32,000 bases of DNA from Geobacter sulfurreducens PCA (lineage in GTDB: Bacteria > Desulfobacterota > Desulfuromonadia > Geobacterales > Geobacteraceae), in assembly GCF_000007985.2 (NCBI RefSeq), contig NC_002939.5, forward strand, positions 1,290,001 through 1,322,000, written 5' to 3'. The position numbers and the translations under genes were made by a program. Of the stretch, positions 18,150 through 25,445 are shown one piece after another (the stretch's first letter is position 1; the number at the start of each line of letters is the position of its first letter). A model generated the notes under the pieces. The model saw only the letters and a list, made by a program, of their open reading frames with translations. It did not search any database and was not told the origin of the DNA.

Positions 18150-20180
18150 ATGGAAATACTTTTCGGGCTGGCGGTCTTTACGGTGGTGCTCCTGCGCCGG
18201 CTCATGTTCCCCTCGATTATCGGTTTTCTCGCCACCGGCATCCTGGCCGGCCCCTCTGCTCTGGGGCTCATCAAGAATACCCACCAGGTGGAGCAGATGG
18301 CCGAAATCGGGGTGGTGCTCCTGCTTTTTACCATCGGCATCGAATTCTCGCTCAAGGAGCTGATGCGGATCAAGCACCTCGTCTTCTGGGGCGGGGGGAT
18401 GCAGGTAGGGGTAACCATCGCCATCGTGGCGGCCTTGGCGTTCGCCTTCGGCATACCGCCCTCCCAGGCCACCTTCTTCGGCTTCCTGGTGGCCCTCTCC
18501 AGTACCGCCATCCTCATGAAGCTGCTCATGGACAAGGGGGAGATGGACGCCCCCCACGGTAAGGTGGCGCTCGGCATCCTGATTTTTCAGGACCTCTGCG
18601 TGGTCCCCCTCATGCTCTTCACCCCGTTTCTTGCCGGGGCGGGCAACGGTTGGACGGGGATACTCCTGGTATCTCTCAAGGCGGTGGCCGTGGTAGTGGT
18701 GGCCCATTTCGGCTCCCGGTTCCTGGTCCCCTGGATTTTCGAACAGGTAGTCAAGAGCCGCAGCCGCGAACTCTTTATCCTCACCATTATCTTTATCGGC
18801 TTCGGTACGGCCTGGCTCACGGCCCAGGTAGGACTGTCGCTGGCCCTGGGGGCATTCATCGCCGGCCTAGCCATCTCCGAATCGGAGTACAGTCACCAGG
18901 CCCTGGGTGATATCATCCCGTTCCGCGATGCCTTCATGAGCCTGTTCTTCATCTCCGTGGGCATGCTGCTCGATCTGTCCGTCCTGGTTCGGCAGCCGGT
19001 CCTGGTGGCCTCCCTCGTTCTGACTATCCTGGTGGTGAAGTTTCTGGTCACGGGCGGAGCGGCCATGGCCCTCGGCATCCCGGCCCGGGTCGGCATCGTC
19101 ACCGCGCTGGCCCTGGCCCAGATCGGCGAATTCTCCTTCATTCTTTCCCAGACCGGCATGCAGTACGGTCTCCTCTCCAAGGATATGTACCAGGTATTTC
19201 TGGCTGCATCGGTAGCCACCATGGCTCTCACTCCGCTTTGCCTCAAGGTGGGTGCGCCGGTGGCGAGTTATCTGGTGGGGGTTTTGCCGACACCCTTGAC
19301 CCGGGGCCGGGGCGTGCTTCGGGGGAAAGAGAAGAAGCTTTCCCTGACGGATCATGTAATCGTGGTCGGCTACGGCGTCAACGGCAGGAATCTTTCCCGG
19401 GTGCTGAAGGTCCAGAAAATCCCCCATGTGGTGATCGAAACCAATCCCTTCACGGTCTCCACGGAGAAGAGCAAGGGAACCCGCATCATGTTCGGCGACG
19501 CCACCCGGCCCGAGGTTCTCACCCACTCAGCCGTGGAGCGCGCGCGCAGCATCGTCATCGCCATTTCCGATGCGGCCGCCAGCCGCCGGGTCGTGGCCCT
19601 GGCGCGGCAGATGAGCCCCACCATCCACATCATCGTCCGGACCCGCTACATTGCCGAGATGGAGCCCCTGTACAAGCTGGGCGCCAACGAGGTTGTGCCT
19701 GAGGAGTTCGAGACGTCCATCGAGATATTCTCCCGGGTTCTGCGCAACTTCCTCATCCCCCAGGACCAGATCGATCAGTGCGTGGGAGAAATTCGGCGGG
19801 GTTCCTACGACATGTTCCGCACCATGAGTCGCCGTCACAGCCACGCCGTAGGGATCGCCGGGTACCTATCCGGCGCGGAGATCGCTACCTTCCGCGTGAA
19901 GAAGGGAGCCCCCATCGAGGGTGAAAGCCTGCGGCAAGGGACCCTGCGAACCAGGTCGGGCGCCACGCTCCTGGTGATCAAGCGGGGGGACGAGGTGACG
20001 CCCAATCCCGACCCGGTCTGGGTCCTGCAGGAGGGGGACATCGTATTGCTGCTTGGCACGCCGGAGCAACTCGCCGCAGCCTCGCGGCTTTTCGAGGCAC
20101 CGGCGGTGGAGGGCGGGCCCGTTGCGCCGCCCCCGGCGGATAGCAGCCGACACGACACCAGCAACAGGAGAGACCAGTGA
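18150..20180 (+). CDS. monovalent cation:proton antiporter-2 (CPA2, Kef-type) with TrkA-N and TrkA-C domains
   Basis: The membrane domain starts MEILFGLAVFTVVLLRRLMFPSIIGFLATGILAGP.... It contains a Rossmann motif VIVVGYGVNGRNL (TrkA-N) and a C-terminal RCK_C (LLVIKRGDEVTPNPDPVWVLQEGDIVLLLG). The start is ambiguous between ATG 18150 and GTG 18087, and neither has a good SD. Confidence 0.85.
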   Translation: MEILFGLAVFTVVLLRRLMFPSIIGFLATGILAGPSALGLIKNTHQVEQMAEIGVVLLLFTIGIEFSLKELMRIKHLVFWGGGMQVGVTIAIVAALAFAFGIPPSQATFFGFLVALSSTAILMKLLMDKGEMDAPHGKVALGILIFQDLCVVPLMLFTPFLAGAGNGWTGILLVSLKAVAVVVVAHFGSRFLVPWIFEQVVKSRSRELFILTIIFIGFGTAWLTAQVGLSLALGAFIAGLAISESEYSHQALGDIIPFRDAFMSLFFISVGMLLDLSVLVRQPVLVASLVLTILVVKFLVTGGAAMALGIPARVGIVTALALAQIGEFSFILSQTGMQYGLLSKDMYQVFLAASVATMALTPLCLKVGAPVASYLVGVLPTPLTRGRGVLRGKEKKLSLTDHVIVVGYGVNGRNLSRVLKVQKIPHVVIETNPFTVSTEKSKGTRIMFGDATRPEVLTHSAVERARSIVIAISDAAASRRVVALARQMSPTIHIIVRTRYIAEMEPLYKLGANEVVPEEFETSIEIFSRVLRNFLIPQDQIDQCVGEIRRGSYDMFRTMSRRHSHAVGIAGYLSGAEIATFRVKKGAPIEGESLRQGTLRTRSGATLLVIKRGDEVTPNPDPVWVLQEGDIVLLLGTPEQLAAASRLFEAPAVEGGPVAPPPADSSRHDTSNRRDQ

Positions 20181-20650
20181 AAAAAGTACTCGTGACCTAT
20201 TACTCGCGTAGCGGCAATACCGAAAAAATGGCCCGTATGATCGCCGACAGCCTCGTGACCAGAGATCTGGCCGTTGAGTTGATAAAGGTCGAGGAGGTCG
20301 ATATCGACACGCTTCCCTCCTATGACGGCTTCATCGTCGGCTCTCCCAACTACTTCGGCACCATGGCCTGGCCAGTGAAAAAGTTCATCGACGAGAGCGT
20401 CAAGTACTTCAGGAAGCTCGACGGCAGGGCCGCTGCCGCGTTCACTTCGGAAGGGATGATTGGCGGCGGGGGCGACACGGTGGTCCTTGATATCCTCAAG
20501 GCATTCCTGATTCACGGCTGTATCGTCCAGGGGCTCACCTCGGCCGGGCATTACGGCCCCGTGGCCGTGGGGGCCCCCGACGAACGGATCGCCAATGAGG
20601 TGAACGTTCTCGCAACAACCTTCGCCGAGCTGGTGAACCGCGTCCGATGA
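20177..20650 (+). CDS. flavodoxin-like fold protein (flavodoxin/WrbA-type)
   Basis: GTG 20177 overlaps the antiporter stop (GTGA), with GGAGAG 4-5 nt upstream. MKKVLVTYYSRSGNTEKMA is the FMN phosphate-binding loop. 157 aa. Confidence 0.85.
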   Translation: MKKVLVTYYSRSGNTEKMARMIADSLVTRDLAVELIKVEEVDIDTLPSYDGFIVGSPNYFGTMAWPVKKFIDESVKYFRKLDGRAAAAFTSEGMIGGGGDTVVLDILKAFLIHGCIVQGLTSAGHYGPVAVGAPDERIANEVNVLATTFAELVNRVR

Positions 20651-21243
20651 GCAACGGAACTGCACAGGGGGGCGAGACGGTCCCGGAGACCGCCCGTCAC
20701 TGCCGTGAGCTCGTCGACCGCTGGCTTGCCGACGGAAGCTTCGACCGGCGCCTCCCGGAGGTCGCGCGGCTGCGGGGCGTACCCCAGCCCGAGGTCTATC
20801 ACGCCGAGGGCGACGCTTTCGTCCATACGATGCTTGCTCTGTCGGCCGTAGACGGCGGGGCTGATTCGCGGGTCTTCTGGGGGGTGCTCCTGCACGATAT
20901 CGGCAAGGCGGAGACCACCGAGTTCATCAGCGGACGCTGGCGCGCCTGGGGTCATGCCGAGCGCGGCGCAGCCATGGTGCCGGCAGTCATGGAGCGGTTG
21001 GGACTCCCGGAACTGGCCGCGGACGTGGTCTGGCTGGTCAGGCACCATACCTTCCATTTCTCCTGGAACCTGACGCCGGACGTGCGACTCACCCGTAACC
21101 AGCGCCGTTTCCTGGAGCATCCTCTGTTGCCGTTGTTGCTGGAGGTCTGCCGCGCCGACGCGGACGGCTCCCATGGGGGTAGCGACAAGGGCGATAAGAT
21201 CGAGCAGATAGCGGATCTGCTCAACGACGAAAGGAGAGCATGA
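20647..21243 (+). CDS. HD domain phosphohydrolase (resembles the HD domain of CCA-adding enzymes)
   Basis: Its ATG overlaps the previous stop (ATGA). GVPQPEVYHAEGDAFVHTMLAL, then LLHDIGK and VRHHTFH. 198 aa. Confidence 0.85.
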   Translation: MSNGTAQGGETVPETARHCRELVDRWLADGSFDRRLPEVARLRGVPQPEVYHAEGDAFVHTMLALSAVDGGADSRVFWGVLLHDIGKAETTEFISGRWRAWGHAERGAAMVPAVMERLGLPELAADVVWLVRHHTFHFSWNLTPDVRLTRNQRRFLEHPLLPLLLEVCRADADGSHGGSDKGDKIEQIADLLNDERRA

Positions 21244-21244
21244 C

Positions 21245-21532
21245 ATGACGATCACTGATGCGGCAAAAGCGGTTCTCGCGCCGATTGTGGGGGAGCACCC
21301 CGGAAAGATTCTGCGTGTTGTCTTTGAGGGGTTTGGTTGAGGCGGTCCCCGCTTGGGACTGGTTCTGGATGAACCGGCTGATAACGACGCGCGGATGGTT
21401 CTGAATGGCATCGAGGTGGCGGTGACCAGCAATTTCCGCTCCCTCCTGGACGACCAGATACTTGACTACATTACCAATGAGCAGGGAGAGGGACTCGTTT
21501 TCAGACGGGAATCGGGCGATGTCTGCTGCTGA
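21245..21532 (+). CDS. IscA/HesB-family selenoprotein (TGA at 21338-21340 read as selenocysteine)
   Basis: The ATG at 21245 lies 1 nt after the HD gene stop. Translation with TGA=U is MTITDAAKAVLAPIVGEHPGKILRVVFEGFGUGGPRLGLVLDEPADNDARMVLNGIEVAVTSNFRSLLDDQILDYITNEQGEGLVFRRESGDVCC (95 aa). It is collinear with IscA/HesB over its whole length, with U at the position of the first cluster-ligand Cys (IscA ..TSGCSG..). Hairpins follow the TGA, and selU is in the same window. Confidence 0.8.
21343..21377 (+). promoter_or_regulatory. candidate bacterial SECIS element(s)
   Basis: There are two hairpins directly 3' of the UGA. The first is CGGUCCC-CGCUU-GGGACUG (21343-21361). The second is CUGGUUC-UGGAU-GAACCGG (21359-21377), whose G-containing apical loop sits about 26-30 nt after the UGA, the usual bSECIS spacing. 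They share 3 nt (21359-21361). Folded by eye only. Confidence 0.5.
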
Positions 21533-21547
21533 GGGTGGAACCGGATC

Positions 21548-22192
21548 ATGATTACTGCGCTGGACGTCTTCGGGACGTTCGTTTTCGCCCTGTCAGGGGC
21601 ATTCAGGGCGATCAAATACGAGTTGGACCTTCTTGGAGTTCTTGTGCTGGCGGTTGCCACCGGGGTGGGGGGCGGCATGATCCGCGATCTGCTCCTGGGG
21701 ACCACGCCGCCCATGGTCTTTCGCAATGAATCCTATCTGGCCATCTGCGTGGCCGGCGGGCTTCTGGTCTTCCTGGCCGCTGGTCGGCTTGCCCCGATCT
21801 GGGACTGGGTCATGGTGGCCGATGCCGTTGGCCTGGGCGTCTTTGCCGCCATCGGTGCCCAGAAGGGGGCCGCGGGTGGGCTCGGTGGCTTCGGCATCGT
21901 CATGATGGCGGCCATGACCGCCACCGGCGGCGGCGTGGTGCGGGACATCCTGGTGATGGAGATTCCCGCCGTGCTCCGCACCGACTTCTATGCCAGCGCC
22001 GCCATCCTCGGTGGCGCATGCTTCGTGGCGGCCCGGGCCGCCGGCGCGCCAGAGCAGGTCCAGCTCTTCACCTGTCTGGCGGTCACCCTGGTTCTGCGTC
22101 TGCTCGCCATGCGCTTCGGTCTTTCCCTCCCGCGGATAAAGGGGCTCGCCCCTGCGCCGGGGGACGGCGGCACAGGGGACGGCAAAGAGTAA
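21548..22192 (+). CDS. trimeric intracellular cation channel (TRIC)/UPF0126 family membrane protein
   Basis: 214 aa with two internal repeats, each carrying the glycine-rich kink motif (GVGGGMIRD and TGGGVVRD). Confidence 0.9.
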   Translation: MITALDVFGTFVFALSGAFRAIKYELDLLGVLVLAVATGVGGGMIRDLLLGTTPPMVFRNESYLAICVAGGLLVFLAAGRLAPIWDWVMVADAVGLGVFAAIGAQKGAAGGLGGFGIVMMAAMTATGGGVVRDILVMEIPAVLRTDFYASAAILGGACFVAARAAGAPEQVQLFTCLAVTLVLRLLAMRFGLSLPRIKGLAPAPGDGGTGDGKE

Positions 22193-22195
22193 AAC

Positions 22196-22209
22196 GGGGC
22201 ATCCGCCCC
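22196..22209 (-). terminator. short GC hairpin downstream of the DUF4197 gene
   Basis: GGGGC-ATCC-GCCCC. On the minus strand it is followed by GTTTTA. The stem is only 5 bp, so this is weak. Confidence 0.3.
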
Positions 22210-22211
22210 CC

Positions 22212-22943
22212 CTACTTGGAGCCGAACACGGTCTTCAGCAGTTCCGTGGTGCGGGCCGCGGGGTTGGTCCGGATTTTTTTCTCCTCTTGGCCCAGCATGG
22301 TGAAGAGGCCGTCGAGGGCCTTGTCGGTCACATAGGTGTCCAGGTCAAGGGATGTCCCGCCCGCCAGGGCCGCCAGGGGAAGGGCCTCGTACTTGCCGAT
22401 CATCTCCTGGTACGCCCGGGTGGTTCCCACCTCGGACATGCTCTTGGCTATGACCGGCTTGAACTCTTCGAACAGCTTGGAACGGGTCTTCCCTTCCAGG
22501 AACGTGGTGGCTGCCCGGTCTCCGCCGTTGAGGATCTTCTTGGCATCGTCAAAGGTCATCTGCCGAACCGCATCGCCGAAGAGCCCTGCGGCCTTTGGCG
22601 CTGCCTTCTCGGCCGCCCGGTTCATGCTCAGGACGAATTCGTCCACCTGCTTGCGGTACCCGAGGGTGCCGAGGACGTCGGCTGCCGTGCGGATCTTTTC
22701 CGGCAGGAGGATCTTGACCAACTGGTTGCCGAAATAGCCGTCGGGCTTTGCCACGGCGTTCACTGCCCGTTCCGTGCCCGTGGCCAGTGCCTCCTTCAGG
22801 CCCTTGACCACCGTGGCGTCGTCGAGGGCTGAACCCTGCAGCAGCGGCGCGGCCCGTTGCGTCAGTTCATCGAGAAAACCGGCCCGGCATTCGCCGGCGG
22901 TCACGAGCGTTGCCAGGCAGGCGAACAGCAGCAGACGTTTCAT
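22212..22943 (-). CDS. DUF4197 domain protein (secreted/periplasmic, function unknown)
   Basis: 243 aa with signal peptide MKRLLLFACLATLVTAGECRA and SD AAGGAGG 5 nt upstream. The VKGLKEAL...GYFGN..VKILLP... pattern is one I recognise as DUF4197. Confidence 0.85.
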   Translation of the reverse strand: MKRLLLFACLATLVTAGECRAGFLDELTQRAAPLLQGSALDDATVVKGLKEALATGTERAVNAVAKPDGYFGNQLVKILLPEKIRTAADVLGTLGYRKQVDEFVLSMNRAAEKAAPKAAGLFGDAVRQMTFDDAKKILNGGDRAATTFLEGKTRSKLFEEFKPVIAKSMSEVGTTRAYQEMIGKYEALPLAALAGGTSLDLDTYVTDKALDGLFTMLGQEEKKIRTNPAARTTELLKTVFGSK

Positions 22944-23062
22944 GGGTGCCTCCTTTTCCGTTCCGAGTGTGCCTCCCCATCCACGTGAAGTATGATTGGT
23001 TTTGCCGATTATGCAAGACGGGGCGCACCCTCCGTCCCACTTCCCTTCAGCGAGGTAGAGCT

Positions 23063-23974
23063 ATGGCTTCTCTCACCCTTCGACACTTGGCAGGCAATAC
23101 CTGGCTCATCCCCGCACCGGCCGCCATCGGCGTGTATGTGCGCAACGGACGGGCCGTGCTCATCGACAGCGGCAATGACGAGGAGGCGGGACGTCAGATC
23201 CTGAAGCTCCTGAACGGCCAGGGGTGGACCCTTGACCTCATCGTCAACACCCACTCCAATGCCGACCATATCGGCGGCAATGCCTTTCTCCAGAAAAAGA
23301 CCGGCTGCCGCGTCGCCGCCACGGTCCCGGAGGCGGCCTTCATCGCCAACCCCATCCTCGAGCCGTCTTTTCTTTACGGCGGCTATCCCGTGAAGGCGCT
23401 ACGCAACAAGTTCCTCATGGCCAAGCCGTCCACGGTCACCGACATCATCGAGGCCATCGGCCCTATCCTTGACACGGGGCTGGAGGCGGTCCCGCTGGCC
23501 GGCCACTTTTTCGGCATGATCGGCATCCGTACCCCGGACGGCGTCCTCTTCGCCGCCGACAGCCTGTTTCCGGAGACAATCCTCGCCAAGTATCCCATAT
23601 TCTACCTCTACGACATCCGGGAGCACCTTGCGTCGCTCCAGCGGCTCCGGGAACTGGAGGCTGCCATCTACGTTCCGAGCCACGGCGCGCCGTCCCCGGA
23701 GATTCTCCCGCTGATAGAAGCCAACGAGCAGCGCGTGCGACAGACCGTTTCCTTTGTGGAGTCCTGCTGCACGGATGCGCCGGCCTCCTTCGAAACCGTG
23801 CTGGAACGCGTCTGCGGGGAGTATGGCATCGTTCTCGACCCGAACCAGTACGTGCTCGTGGGAAACACCATCCGCTCCATCCTCGCCTTCCTGTCCGAAG
23901 AGGGGCGGCTCGCCATGATCTTCGACGGGGGCAGGCTGCTCTGGGGTACCGCCGCCGATCAACGGGAGGCGTGA
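23063..23974 (+). CDS. MBL-fold metallo-hydrolase
   Basis: ATG 23063 with GAGGT 6 nt upstream. Carries an HxxxDH variant motif, NTHSNADHIGGN, and later conserved His/Asp positions. 303 aa. The track N-terminal extension overlaps the divergent gene and was discarded. Confidence 0.85.
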   Translation: MASLTLRHLAGNTWLIPAPAAIGVYVRNGRAVLIDSGNDEEAGRQILKLLNGQGWTLDLIVNTHSNADHIGGNAFLQKKTGCRVAATVPEAAFIANPILEPSFLYGGYPVKALRNKFLMAKPSTVTDIIEAIGPILDTGLEAVPLAGHFFGMIGIRTPDGVLFAADSLFPETILAKYPIFYLYDIREHLASLQRLRELEAAIYVPSHGAPSPEILPLIEANEQRVRQTVSFVESCCTDAPASFETVLERVCGEYGIVLDPNQYVLVGNTIRSILAFLSEEGRLAMIFDGGRLLWGTAADQREA

Positions 23975-23975
23975 G

Positions 23976-24311
23976 ATGGGGCAGTCATTCCGGCCCCGCA
24001 GACCCGGCAAGCCCCCCGTGCGCAGCGATGCCGAGCTCGATGAAATGGTGCGGCGCATGCGCGCGGAACAGTCCGGCCCCGGCAGCTACCGGGAGCAGTC
24101 GCTGAAGATCCACGGCTGGATCTGCGCAAAGTGCGGCCGGGAGTTTGAGCTCAACAACCTGCACTTGCTCACGGTGCACCACCGGGACGGCAACCACCAC
24201 AACAATCCCCCCGATGGCAGCAACTGGGAGAACCTCTGCGTCTGGTGCCACGACGACGAGCACAGCCGCGGCGTACTGGGGGACTACCTGGACGACCGCA
24301 GCAAAAAGTGA
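23976..24311 (+). CDS. yajD: HNH endonuclease family protein YajD
   Basis: GGGAGG lies 6 nt upstream, and the start is 1 nt after the MBL stop. YREQSLKIHGWICAKCGREF...LTVHHRDGNHHNNPPDGSNWENLCVWCHDDEHS parallels E. coli YajD almost block for block. Confidence 0.85.
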   Translation: MGQSFRPRRPGKPPVRSDAELDEMVRRMRAEQSGPGSYREQSLKIHGWICAKCGREFELNNLHLLTVHHRDGNHHNNPPDGSNWENLCVWCHDDEHSRGVLGDYLDDRSKK

Positions 24312-24338
24312 GCGGGCGACTGCCACGTCAGGAAGTAA

Positions 24339-24364
24339 AAAGGCCCTGGTTTCCCGGGGCCTTT
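24339..24364. terminator. hairpin between convergent yajD and DUF2950 genes
   Basis: AAAGGCCCTGG (24339-24349), loop TTTC, CCGGGGCCTTT (24354-24364): 11 bp including one G-T. An A-run precedes it and TTT is part of the right arm. Confidence 0.6.
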
Positions 24365-24404
24365 ACTGTTCGAAGGGGTAAAAGGGTAAGAATCGTCGAG
24401 GCGG

Positions 24405-25382
24405 CTATTTTCGCGCAGGCGTCTGCTCGGTCTTGACCGGCTTCCAGGTGGGATCGGGATCGAACAGCTCCATAGACTCGGCCCTGCGCCGCGTGTCCTT
24501 GCCGAGATTCTTTTCGTACACCTTGCCCGCCTGATTCACGATAAAGGTCATCACCCCCGAGTTGCCGTATTCGGCGGGATAGGCAACCAGAGCAAAACCA
24601 AGAAGCATCTTGTCCTTGATCACGTAGTGGTACGCGCCACCGACGGCATGCTTTCCCTGGCCCTTGAGTATCTTGAAGTAGTAGCCGTGGAAGGGGGAGA
24701 GGTTACGCTCCGGCGCATACCCTTCCTTTGCCGCCTGGGCCACCAATGGGCCGAGGGGGCTCTGCAACTCACCCTCCTTCGCTTCCCAGTAGAGACCGTC
24801 ACGGTTTCCTTCCGTGCTGAAAAGCCGCTGGGCGAACTCGACCTTGCCTCCGCCGCGGCAATCCTTGCTCGCATACTCCAGTTGGGCATCCACGTACGCG
24901 TCGAGCACATCGATGACGTGCAACTCGTTCCGGCCGATCCTCCGTTTCAGAATTTCGCTCTTTCCTTTCCTCACGTCGAAGATCCAGCGGGAGCCTTTCT
25001 TGACAATGGGAATTGGCATGGTCCACTGATCGGGGCCAACGTGCACGACGGCCGTGGTTGCCGATTTCCGCTCAAGCCGATTCGCCTGTTCAAACGAATT
25101 GAGGAAACGTTCCCGATCCGTCTTGTCCGCCACCTCGTCGCCCGAAGAGACCAACTCCTTACTGCCGGGGCCCAGGATCTGCAGCAACTCCTTCTCGTCA
25201 TGCGCTGTTACGGCAGCAACAAGGGCCTTGACCGCCTCGTCGGGGGAGGCAAAGGTTTTTTGCCGAACGGTTGCAGCCGTCGAGGGTGAGGCTATCAGCG
25301 ACAGGAACATGGCAACGGCTGCGATAACGGCCGCCAGGGCCAGCCGGCCGCGTGCGCCTTGGTGGTATGCGAACTGTTTCAT
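24405..25382 (-). CDS. DUF2950 domain protein (secreted, function unknown)
   Basis: 325 aa with an N-terminal signal/anchor (ALAAVIAAVAMFLSLIASPSTAA) and SD GAGGAG upstream. The blocks FASPDEAVKALVAA, WTMPIPIVK, DGLYW and GYYFKIL are characteristic of DUF2950 as I recall it. Confidence 0.85.
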   Translation of the reverse strand: MKQFAYHQGARGRLALAAVIAAVAMFLSLIASPSTAATVRQKTFASPDEAVKALVAAVTAHDEKELLQILGPGSKELVSSGDEVADKTDRERFLNSFEQANRLERKSATTAVVHVGPDQWTMPIPIVKKGSRWIFDVRKGKSEILKRRIGRNELHVIDVLDAYVDAQLEYASKDCRGGGKVEFAQRLFSTEGNRDGLYWEAKEGELQSPLGPLVAQAAKEGYAPERNLSPFHGYYFKILKGQGKHAVGGAYHYVIKDKMLLGFALVAYPAEYGNSGVMTFIVNQAGKVYEKNLGKDTRRRAESMELFDPDPTWKPVKTEQTPARK

Positions 25383-25445
25383 GTGTCTTCTCCTCTGCGC
25401 CCAGTGGTGCTCTCGGGGGAACGAAACGCCCGGCAGTGGCTGGCG

